Below, in pieces: positions 17,739 through 26,085 of a DNA stretch of 64,000 nt (position 1 is its first letter; every line of letters begins with the position of its first letter). Source of the DNA: a virus; the IMG/VR virus record IMGVR_UViG_3300030116_004830, positions 1 through 64,000 of that record. One strand, given 5' to 3'. The notes under the pieces are model-generated. The model worked only from the letters and a program-made list of their open reading frames with translations, did no database searches and was not told where the DNA came from. The position numbers and the translations under genes were made by a program.

Positions 17739-18841
17739 AGTTTCCTAGAGAAGTATGGCCAAGTGCTAACAAACAAACTAATACTTTTGCTAGTAAGAGA
17801 AAGTTGGTTCATAGTAAAGAAGAGTTCGACTCTTGGGTTAAGACCCATAATGGAAAAATGAACTGTTATACATCAGTATATGATTATGCTCAATACACCC
17901 ATAAACAAGCAGTAACGGACACCGTTATTCTTGATAGAGTGTTTCTAGATTTTGACGCTCATCATGGTGAAGTAGATAGCAGGACTGGGGCGCAAACAAT
18001 TAGTGAAGCACAGATTCAATTATGTTTAGATGATTTGCTAGATGTTTCAGTTTATTTAGAAGAGAAGGACTATTGCTATGATATTTCATTTTCAGGGAGA
18101 GGATTTCATGTATATGTGTATGGTAATATTATTCCTGTAAATCAGATTCGCAGGTTGACCGCATTCTTTAATGAAATGAAAGAGTTAACCTCTAATGGAA
18201 CTTTAGATAGTTCAGCGATTTCACCTAGAAGATTGAGGCGTATTCGTAATACTATGAACCTGAAAGCGTCTTATGGTGACGGTTGTTACTATTCAATACC
18301 ACTATCAATAGACGACATCAGAAACAAAACTGTTAGTCAGATTTTAGAATTAGCAAAAAGACCCGAAGGGGTATCCATTAGATATGGTTCTACATTAGTT
18401 AATTGGCCACAAGTTCCTGAAATTAAAGAATCAGAGATTGAAGCAGAAGTTATCAATGCAGGTAACTTACCTCTTCCACCATGCATGTATAGTGCTATTA
18501 TGGTTGAGAATCCAACTGATGAAGCAAGAGCATATCTTGTTAGTTGGTATAAGGACCTATTACTATGGTCAGATTTCAATGTAGGTTTTACAGAAACACA
18601 AGTTACTCCAAACATGTCCACTAGATTGAATATCATAAATCAGATTACGGCTGAGATAAAACACTTACATGAAACACATAATGTATGGTTAGATTTTGAT
18701 GAAGCCATAACAAAATACAGAGTTGGTTTTGTAGTTAATGGAAACTATAATTTCCCTAATTGTGATAAACTGATTGCTAATGGATACTGTATCGGAACAT
18801 GTTGGAGATTAAAGGATTACACAAAGGAGATGAAAGAATGA
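17735..18841 (+). CDS. archaeo-eukaryotic primase, PriS catalytic domain fused to PriL-like Fe-S domain
   Basis: FLDFD motif I, SGRGFH motif II, PPC and C-terminal C-x8-C-x3-C cluster. Confidence 0.85.
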   Translation: MKFPREVWPSANKQTNTFASKRKLVHSKEEFDSWVKTHNGKMNCYTSVYDYAQYTHKQAVTDTVILDRVFLDFDAHHGEVDSRTGAQTISEAQIQLCLDDLLDVSVYLEEKDYCYDISFSGRGFHVYVYGNIIPVNQIRRLTAFFNEMKELTSNGTLDSSAISPRRLRRIRNTMNLKASYGDGCYYSIPLSIDDIRNKTVSQILELAKRPEGVSIRYGSTLVNWPQVPEIKESEIEAEVINAGNLPLPPCMYSAIMVENPTDEARAYLVSWYKDLLLWSDFNVGFTETQVTPNMSTRLNIINQITAEIKHLHETHNVWLDFDEAITKYRVGFVVNGNYNFPNCDKLIANGYCIGTCWRLKDYTKEMKE

Positions 18842-18924
18842 GACAAACTACGTTATTTGAATTTGGATTAAGAATAGAAGGACAAACTACACTAGAAGAT
18901 TTTGGGTTAGTATTTGAGGAATAA
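18838..18924 (+). CDS. 28-aa tandem PIP-box microprotein (not in ORF track)
   Basis: MRQTTLFEFGLRIEGQTTLEDFGLVFEE; AAGGAG RBS; ATGA overlap with primase stop; fills the gap exactly. Confidence 0.7.
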   Translation: MRQTTLFEFGLRIEGQTTLEDFGLVFEE

Positions 18925-18926
18925 AT

Positions 18927-19622
18927 ATGAAGTTAATTATTGATAGCAGAGAAACTTCGGGTCTTACCAATGAAGTAGAAATTAAAGCCGCTAAACTCAA
19001 TTTAGTTACCGAGAAGAAGTGGCTAGAGGTAGGAGATTATGTCTTTGGAGATGTATGCTTTGAAGCAAAATCTACACATGATTTTCTATCGTCTGTTATC
19101 AGTAAGAGATTATGGACCCAATTAGATAACATGGATAGATGCTACAAAACGAATGTAGTAATTATCTATGGTTCTTTGAGAGATGCATTAAGTTATACTA
19201 GTTATTCTGCTAAGTATAACAATATGCCTAGACAAAGAAAAATGCAATTACTTACTAACAAATTCTATGGAGCAATAGGTAGAATCATTCTTGATTCTGA
19301 TATTAAACCTATATGGGTAATAGACGAATATGCGGCGGCATCTATTATTTGTAGCGTTGCTAAGATGCAACCAATTGAAAGGTCGCCAATTAAACCCCAT
19401 CTGTTTAAGAGATTTACAACAGATGATATTAGATTAAACATGTTAGCATCAATTAAAGGTGTTAGCGAAAAGAAAGCAAAATTATTGCTAGAAAAGTTCG
19501 GTTCTCTTATGGAGATAGGAGATTGCGATAAAAGAGAATTATGTTCTCTAGATGGTATTGGAGATACTACTGCTGATAGGATACTATCAGCCTTTAACTC
19601 AGACAAGGAGGTTAGACAATGA
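18927..19622 (+). CDS. ERCC4/XPF-family structure-specific nuclease with HhH domain
   Basis: IIDSRE, VGDY, EAKS..DF, tandem HhH (IKGVSEKKA, LDGIGDTTA). Confidence 0.92.
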   Translation: MKLIIDSRETSGLTNEVEIKAAKLNLVTEKKWLEVGDYVFGDVCFEAKSTHDFLSSVISKRLWTQLDNMDRCYKTNVVIIYGSLRDALSYTSYSAKYNNMPRQRKMQLLTNKFYGAIGRIILDSDIKPIWVIDEYAAASIICSVAKMQPIERSPIKPHLFKRFTTDDIRLNMLASIKGVSEKKAKLLLEKFGSLMEIGDCDKRELCSLDGIGDTTADRILSAFNSDKEVRQ

Positions 19623-21190
19623 ACGAATACGATGATGAAACACTAGAAGCCGAAGAACAATACGTTAGAGAAATAGATTTACCTGCGGTAGTTAGAAATT
19701 GGGAAAAGACGGCAATTAGTTTTTCAAGACATAACAACATCCCGTCAATTTTAGGGTTCTATTCAATTTTAGGAGATTTAGTTAAAAGATTCATTGAGAT
19801 ACCTTATGGTCAAACTACTACTGATACTCGCCTTCATTATGTTTGGATTCAAACCGCTAGGTCGGGAAAGACAACATTGGTAATGTATGTTCTTACTCCT
19901 GTCGCTAAGAAAATCTATGAAGATTTGAAAGATGACCCATATGTAGAATCAGCCGTTCTGAATCTTGCAGATTATACTACTGCGGCTTTAGTAGGCGACC
20001 ACATCTTTAATGAGAAATTTAAGGAAGATGCCGAAGATATTCTTTCAAGAGAACTAAGAGCAATCGAGGGCGACCCTATGAATGGGGTTGCGCCAACTAG
20101 AAATTTTACAACTGATGATGAAAGAATTCAAGCAGTAAATGATGCATATGAAACTTATGAAATAACTAAGGATAGATGGATTATTGATTATGGACCGTTG
20201 CATGGAGAAGGTATTTGGTTTGCGGATGAGTTTGAAGGTAGCGGGGTTTTCAAGGATAAAGCCCACAAAGAGAATATGAACATTCTATTTCAGACATTAA
20301 TGAACAACTTTCACAGTGGGGCGAATGAGTATCCTAAAGCATTGAAAGGTAAACCTACCATTCATTTGAATTCAAAGCATACTATGATTGCTCTTACATT
20401 TCCACCCGAACATCTTCTAAAGACGGTAGCCGATAAGGGTATTCTTCAAAGGTTTTTACCATTTATTTGGGATGTTCCTGATGATATTCTAACCGCTATG
20501 AGAAAAGAAGTTATTGGAGGATTCGGAACTAGAGTAGAAAAGAGAGGACCACCGCTACATTTAGCAAAGGGGTTACTGGAAATCTACAAGGCAACTAAGG
20601 CCCAATTTGAATCCAATGGAAAAGACCCTTTCAATACTATTGCCTATCATCCATCGTCTAAAGATGCACTAGATATGGCTCACGATTCTATCTTGAAATA
20701 TATTGATAATCTGCATCCTAAGATTCGTAATGTGGTTCGTTTGTTTGAAATGAATCTATTAGAATACATAGGTAAATTAGCAGTATTGAATACTTTGGCT
20801 ATGGCTAAGAACATCGAAGATGTAAATCAAAGGTTCGTTGTCTATCCACAAAACGTAAGACAAGGTGCGTATATAGTTAGAAAGTGCTATGTAACTTTGG
20901 TCGAATGGCTAGAAAATGCTATCAAGGCAGATAAGTCACTTATCAGAACAAAAAGTAATTGGAAGGAGTTCCAACATGCTTATCAAGTGGCTATGGATAG
21001 GGCTAAATCACAGGAAGTATTAGAAGGGGGATTTGTTTGGAAGAGATTAGTGTTGGAAGAAGCGGCCAAAATAATAGGCCAATCACCAAAGACAATCAAT
21101 GATAAATTCAACAAGTTAAGTGAAATGTTTGAGGAAAAGAAGGAAGGAGTTAAACCTTATATCAGACCGAAAAAACAACAGGAGGAATAG
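19619..21190 (+). CDS. divergent AAA+ ATPase, probable replicative helicase
   Basis: Walker A ARSGKT, Walker B WFADE, GILQRF Arg finger, possible C-terminal winged helix. Confidence 0.6.
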   Translation: MNEYDDETLEAEEQYVREIDLPAVVRNWEKTAISFSRHNNIPSILGFYSILGDLVKRFIEIPYGQTTTDTRLHYVWIQTARSGKTTLVMYVLTPVAKKIYEDLKDDPYVESAVLNLADYTTAALVGDHIFNEKFKEDAEDILSRELRAIEGDPMNGVAPTRNFTTDDERIQAVNDAYETYEITKDRWIIDYGPLHGEGIWFADEFEGSGVFKDKAHKENMNILFQTLMNNFHSGANEYPKALKGKPTIHLNSKHTMIALTFPPEHLLKTVADKGILQRFLPFIWDVPDDILTAMRKEVIGGFGTRVEKRGPPLHLAKGLLEIYKATKAQFESNGKDPFNTIAYHPSSKDALDMAHDSILKYIDNLHPKIRNVVRLFEMNLLEYIGKLAVLNTLAMAKNIEDVNQRFVVYPQNVRQGAYIVRKCYVTLVEWLENAIKADKSLIRTKSNWKEFQHAYQVAMDRAKSQEVLEGGFVWKRLVLEEAAKIIGQSPKTINDKFNKLSEMFEEKKEGVKPYIRPKKQQEE

Positions 21191-21193
21191 AAA

Positions 21194-21427
21194 ATGAAAG
21201 TAACATGGGAAAATAAGTATGTGGTTTTTGATGTTAATGATGGACCTAAAACCATGATTGACGCACTGAACCTAGAGGGAGCAGAAGGATGGGAGGTAGC
21301 ATCTATTGTTAGCGTAGCAGGTAACAAATTATGTGCCTTCCTGAAAAGAGGGGACTATATTATGGAACCTTCTCCTGAAGAGGAAAAGAGAGATGAAGTG
21401 CTGAAATTATGGGGCGGAAAGGAATGA
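21194..21427 (+). CDS. DUF4177-like small protein
   Basis: LNLEGAEGWEV...FLKR pattern. Confidence 0.65.
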   Translation: MKVTWENKYVVFDVNDGPKTMIDALNLEGAEGWEVASIVSVAGNKLCAFLKRGDYIMEPSPEEEKRDEVLKLWGGKE

Positions 21428-22023
21428 ATAATGTCCTTGCAATCGACTTAGAAACCAAGAATCTCTCCACAGATATTGGAGGGTGGGGTAATACCCATAT
21501 GTTTCTTGTATCTACAGTAACTACTTGGAATGGAGATACTGGGACTGTCTATGTAGATGAACCAGTATCGGATACCTTTTCTAAATCAGGAATTCAAACT
21601 AAACCGATTAGAGAACTAAAGTTTGATTTGGATGAACATTTCAAGAAAGGAGGCATTCTATTAGGACACAACATTGTGGCCTTTGACCTACCTGTTCTTA
21701 GAGATGCCTTAGATATTTATTGTATTAGAAAATACATTACCAATAAACAGTATATTGATACTAGCCAGTATTTTGTTTCCAATCATGGCGAGAGATATTC
21801 ATTGAATAATCTAGTAGACCATACTTTAGGAAAACAAAAAACACTAAGCAGTATGGACGCTCCTAAACTATGGAAGGCAGGGGAATACGATATTGTCGTA
21901 GATTATTGTCTAAAGGATTCACAATTAGTTTATGACCTATGGAAACATGGACAAGATAATGGTGTTGTAAAGGCATTCAATATTAATGAAGAAAAAGAAA
22001 TAACAATGGAGGTGGAATGGTAA
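21424..22023 (+). CDS. RNase H-fold DEDD 3'-5' exonuclease
   Basis: IDLET, GHNIVAFD, YCLKD. Confidence 0.85.
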   Translation: MNNVLAIDLETKNLSTDIGGWGNTHMFLVSTVTTWNGDTGTVYVDEPVSDTFSKSGIQTKPIRELKFDLDEHFKKGGILLGHNIVAFDLPVLRDALDIYCIRKYITNKQYIDTSQYFVSNHGERYSLNNLVDHTLGKQKTLSSMDAPKLWKAGEYDIVVDYCLKDSQLVYDLWKHGQDNGVVKAFNINEEKEITMEVEW

Positions 22024-22181
22024 TGGATACAGCAGAAGTTTTCGGTTGGATATTATTTTTCGTCTTTATTAGCGTTCTTTTCTTTGCGGCTTTTGGAGGA
22101 GCATCTGTAACAGAAGATTCTGTTGAAGAATATATCCAAAATCTAATGCAAGAAGAAGCGGCTAATAAGGGTAGAAGATAA
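22023..22181 (+). CDS. 52-aa membrane microprotein (not in ORF track)
   Basis: MDTAEVFGWILFFVFISVLFFAAFGGASV...; TAATG coupling on both sides; GGAGGTGG RBS. Confidence 0.6.
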   Translation: MDTAEVFGWILFFVFISVLFFAAFGGASVTEDSVEEYIQNLMQEEAANKGRR

Positions 22182-22312
22182 TGGGACTAAAGTATAGATG
22201 TAAAGAATGTTCTAGATATATCGTGCCTAGGCGCATAAAAGGTCACTATATTGGTGATAACGAAGTTATCAAAATATGGGAATGTCCTGCATGTTTAGCC
22301 TTATGGAGATAG
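22181..22312 (+). CDS. 43-aa zinc-ribbon microprotein (not in ORF track)
   Basis: MGLKYRCKECSRYIVPRRIKGHYIGDNEVIKIWECPACLALWR. Confidence 0.6.
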   Translation: MGLKYRCKECSRYIVPRRIKGHYIGDNEVIKIWECPACLALWR

Positions 22313-22347
22313 AAAAAGATAAGTAGTTTACTTTCTACACCTCTGTT

Positions 22348-22539
22348 ATGGTCGGTTTATTGAGCGTATTGGGAGTTAGTGGAATGATTACTTTAGTAGG
22401 ATTTGGATGGTATCTCACCATCGAAAAACAATTATCAAAAGCATTCGATATAGAAATTTTTGATGATGAAGAAGAACTCATTAATCTCTTCAAAAACGGA
22501 TTAAGAAATTCTTGTTGGGAAGAAACCGAAGATTGCTAG
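22348..22539 (+). CDS. small membrane-anchored protein
   Basis: N-terminal hydrophobic helix. Confidence 0.5.
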   Translation: MVGLLSVLGVSGMITLVGFGWYLTIEKQLSKAFDIEIFDDEEELINLFKNGLRNSCWEETEDC

Positions 22540-22554
22540 AATATCGAGATTGAA

Positions 22555-22685
22555 AAAAATGACCCCCCATAACGGGGGGCATATTTCAATGAAAAATGTG
22601 AAAATGGGAGGGCGAAATCTCGCCTAGCCCATAAAATTTTTTTTTAAAAATAAAATGGGTGAGATTATTCTCGCCTATATTATCT
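22555..22685. terminator. convergence zone with three GC hairpins and A/T tracts (bidirectional terminator candidate)
   Basis: C6-ATAAC-G6 at 22563-79; ATGGG..GGCGA-AATC-TCGCC..CCCAT at 22604-32; ATGGGTGAGA-TTAT-TCTCGCCTAT at 22655-78; T9 tract between the last two. Confidence 0.55.
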
Positions 22686-22918
22686 TCATTTAAATATCAT
22701 TAATGTCTTACCAAGACATATTTCGCCACTGATTTGAGATTAAAATTCAAAAAATGTTGATTCCAGAAAAAAGAATACTTTTTTCATCCCACTGATAATA
22801 AGCGGAAGCCATGTGCCTATCATAGATAGCACAATAACTGTTATACAAGCAAGTCCACAAGAATCTACAATTGAATGCGAAGAGGAAACAATCACTTCAC
22901 TCTCATTCACTTCTATCA

Positions 22919-23560
22919 CTAAGCCATTGTTACAGTAGATGTAGTTTGATTTGTTTGGCCATTTGTATTGGTCGCTTGTAGAGTAAAAGTTACCTGCGCT
23001 CCATTTTGAAATTCAGTTGCATCAAAACCTCCTCCTGTTGTTCCACCAGCATTTCCTTGTAATGCTAGTTCTTGAAATATAATGTAAAATTCATTGGTTG
23101 TAGAAAGACCTCCTTGTGCGTTACTAGCAACTACATCTATTATCTTATTTCCATTTGCAAAAACAGCATCTAATCCTCCACTACCACCAACAACTGTAGT
23201 AGGGTCAGGGTTATCCATCCATGCTATCAAATCCATATGCGCCCTTCCCACTCCATCACTAACTGTGCTAAATAAGGGATTACCTACAACTCCACTTACA
23301 GATGGAGTAATACTTACAGCCGCTATTGACCCACCATTACCGCTATAAGAAATTGATAACTTAACAGTATGCTCAGACCCAAATATTCCCGCACCGTTAG
23401 GAATCATGGTTATTGCAGGAGAACCTGCACCTCCACCACCACTCATAGGATTAGTGCTTCCAAGATTTAAAGCAGACATTCCAACAAGAGGAGATGCACC
23501 TGCACCCGCAGACGAGGCTTGCTCAACAACCCCATAAGTCCAATGAAAACCTGTAGCCAC
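22919..23560 (-). CDS. Gly/Ser/Thr-rich virion (tail) protein
   Basis: Composition; last gene of the tail operon. Confidence 0.55.
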   Translation of the reverse strand: MATGFHWTYGVVEQASSAGAGASPLVGMSALNLGSTNPMSGGGGAGSPAITMIPNGAGIFGSEHTVKLSISYSGNGGSIAAVSITPSVSGVVGNPLFSTVSDGVGRAHMDLIAWMDNPDPTTVVGGSGGLDAVFANGNKIIDVVASNAQGGLSTTNEFYIIFQELALQGNAGGTTGGGFDATEFQNGAQVTFTLQATNTNGQTNQTTSTVTMA

Positions 23561-23564
23561 TTAA

Positions 23565-25658
23565 TCACCCAATGACTTGCCAGTTATCTGCGGCCCAACA
23601 AAGATATGTTTTAGCAGTATCATCCTCAATATTTTCAGCCGCATAAGAACCCGCCCCATTGAATCTAGTATTTGTTGTATCTGCTGATACAATTTTTCCA
23701 GTAAGCGTCCCACCTGAATTATTGATAATAGTAAATTGAACTCCTACATCTGTTGCTCCTACATCGGGTAAAGTAACGATAGAAGAAGAATTGTTCATTA
23801 TGATAACTGTTCCTGAATCAGCAATTGCAGGAGAATAAGTAGCGGCTCCAACCACTGCAACTGCGGCTCTTGAAAATGCTCCTGCGTAAACAGTAGCGTT
23901 AGTAGAAGTAGGATAACCTATTCTAGATAATACAGTAGAAACTGTATCGTCATCATCGTTAATGAATGATAATCCCATTTTTAATTCTCCACCCTTATCA
24001 GTGGTAGTATGGTCTTCTGTTGCATAAGCGGCTATAAACGCAGATGCTTCAGTAATACTGCTTGGGACATTACCATCAGTAGAATCAAAACCTATACCTC
24101 CTAATATATCACCCTCAGAAGTGCTAGAATCTTCTCTAACGATTTGAATACCATCAAAAGCATCCCCACCTGTTACATTTACTTGAAAGATATTAGAAGG
24201 GGCATTAGTGTTTATTCCTACTCTATCAGTTCCAGCATCTACTTGAAATAAATTATCTATATTGTCGCCATCTACTCTAAAATTAATATCTTGATTGGAG
24301 GCGTTTATTGCTACTTGGCTAGTTTCTAATTGTATATTGTTCATATAACTTGAACCATTTCTTGTTCTTAATAGCAACCTACCCTTTTCTGAACCATTAG
24401 CAACAGCATGAGCATCAGCAAAGATATGTGCATATTCAAAATCATTACCTGCATCATCTTGACCTACAAATCTAATTGTGCCTATATCATCACTATCTAC
24501 ACCAACTCCGCTTCCTCCGCTTCCTTGACTTCGATAAAGTTGTAATTCGGGAGCCTCATCTGAACTTGCTTGAGTAGATTCAATAGTAACTAAAGGCCCT
24601 GCCGTTGCTCCCTTAACATGTAATACTGGAGCAACCGCAGTATCAGTTCCACCAGTAGTTGAATCACTTTCAACCTTTAGAGTTGTAGCGTTTACGGCTG
24701 AAGCATGGTCATTTTTAATATATACTACATTTCTTGTTGAAGTAGAACTTGAATCAGAAATAATGTTCAGCGCTGAACCTGTGGTTAATCCATCCGCAGT
24801 AATATCAATTACTTTAGCAGTAGTAATTCCATCAGCAGTAATATCGAAAGCATCGGTAGTGGTAGCCGCAGAAGTAAGAGTTAGTAAACTTCCATCAAAA
24901 GTTAGGTTGGCTTCTCCATTAATTCCACCTGCACCATCAGCAGTTGTTACTCGATTATTACCATCGTTTGCTAAAGATGCCCCACCTGCTAATGCTACAA
25001 TACTAGAAACGGTTACTGATTTAATTACATCAGAACTTCCAGTATCTTGAATTAGAACTTTATCATCAGTAGCAACACTAGCGGTTCCAATACCAGTAAT
25101 GAATAATCCACTTGATGTTCCCGAAATAGAACCTGCTTCCGTATAAGTATTAGAATTCTCATAACCAATTGATAACTTATTTTCTGTTTTACTAGTAGTA
25201 AATGTTTGAAAAGCAACAGTTGAATGAGTATCAGTAGATTGAACTTTAATTAGAGAAATAGGAGTTAGAGTAACCGTTAGGTCAGGAACTACACCATCAC
25301 TTGTTCCTGCAACTATATTGATTGTCCCTGTTCCGTCACCATCATCAGCAAAGGCTACCCAATGATACAAAGCGCCCGAAGAAGGTTTGTTAATCGTAGT
25401 AGCAGAAAGAGCATCAACCGCAATATATTGTCCGTTTGAGAACCCCTTACCTGCCGTTAATGCTACTTGGATATTTGCTCCACTAGTTGTAAATGTATGA
25501 GCAAATCCTAATGTTGCTCCATCCTTTAAAGCATAATTGCCTTGAGTCATTGAATGTAATCCTTTGAATAATCCAGAATGAGGAGAATCTATTTTGTCTA
25601 TCAATTGACTCGTAGGTGTTGCCGATAAACTACTGAGTATTCCGCTATTTGCTACCAT
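23565..25658 (-). CDS. tail fibre / receptor-binding protein
   Basis: Fibre motifs GEANLTFDG, INFRVDGD, RVGINTNAP, DITADG repeats, C-terminal VTLP...GVQFTIIN knob. Confidence 0.8.
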   Translation of the reverse strand: MVANSGILSSLSATPTSQLIDKIDSPHSGLFKGLHSMTQGNYALKDGATLGFAHTFTTSGANIQVALTAGKGFSNGQYIAVDALSATTINKPSSGALYHWVAFADDGDGTGTINIVAGTSDGVVPDLTVTLTPISLIKVQSTDTHSTVAFQTFTTSKTENKLSIGYENSNTYTEAGSISGTSSGLFITGIGTASVATDDKVLIQDTGSSDVIKSVTVSSIVALAGGASLANDGNNRVTTADGAGGINGEANLTFDGSLLTLTSAATTTDAFDITADGITTAKVIDITADGLTTGSALNIISDSSSTSTRNVVYIKNDHASAVNATTLKVESDSTTGGTDTAVAPVLHVKGATAGPLVTIESTQASSDEAPELQLYRSQGSGGSGVGVDSDDIGTIRFVGQDDAGNDFEYAHIFADAHAVANGSEKGRLLLRTRNGSSYMNNIQLETSQVAINASNQDINFRVDGDNIDNLFQVDAGTDRVGINTNAPSNIFQVNVTGGDAFDGIQIVREDSSTSEGDILGGIGFDSTDGNVPSSITEASAFIAAYATEDHTTTDKGGELKMGLSFINDDDDTVSTVLSRIGYPTSTNATVYAGAFSRAAVAVVGAATYSPAIADSGTVIIMNNSSSIVTLPDVGATDVGVQFTIINNSGGTLTGKIVSADTTNTRFNGAGSYAAENIEDDTAKTYLCWAADNWQVIG

Positions 25659-25659
25659 C

Positions 25660-26085
25660 TTATTCTACCTCCAATGTGTATATCACTTCGATTGTGTCTG
25701 TTGTTGAAAAGTTTCCTATTGCGTCAAAGTTAATTCTAGAAAGCATAATATTTTCCTTTTCCGAAGCCCCTGTAGCATCGAAGGAAGCACTTTCAATTTC
25801 AGCCATTTCTGCATCAGTAGCAACATCACCAAAGAACCCTACTTCTCTAATTGTATATCCTTGAAGTTCAGTTCCAGTAAATGAGCCTCTAAATTCTACT
25901 ACCTTATCGTCCGAAGAACTAGAAGTAGTTGAAGAATCTGTAGATGCAGGTAATGGAACATCGAGAGTTGTAGAAGTAGGATTAGTTCCACCTCCACCTG
26001 TTCCAAGTTTTACTTTTCCTGATGTAGCACCAAAAAATTCTCTTAAGAATAGCGCCATTTTCTTCTTTGTTGTATCCGTTATCAT
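25660..26085 (-). CDS. tail fibre attachment / baseplate protein (DUF3751-like)
   Basis: MITD...KLGTG...TIREVGFF...LSR pattern. Confidence 0.65.
   Translation of the reverse strand: MITDTTKKKMALFLREFFGATSGKVKLGTGGGGTNPTSTTLDVPLPASTDSSTTSSSSDDKVVEFRGSFTGTELQGYTIREVGFFGDVATDAEMAEIESASFDATGASEKENIMLSRINFDAIGNFSTTDTIEVIYTLEVE

Noticed and set aside
22740-22895. 51-codon hydrophobic GTG-start ORF on the - strand
   Set aside because: Weak start context and no motif; cannot be supported.
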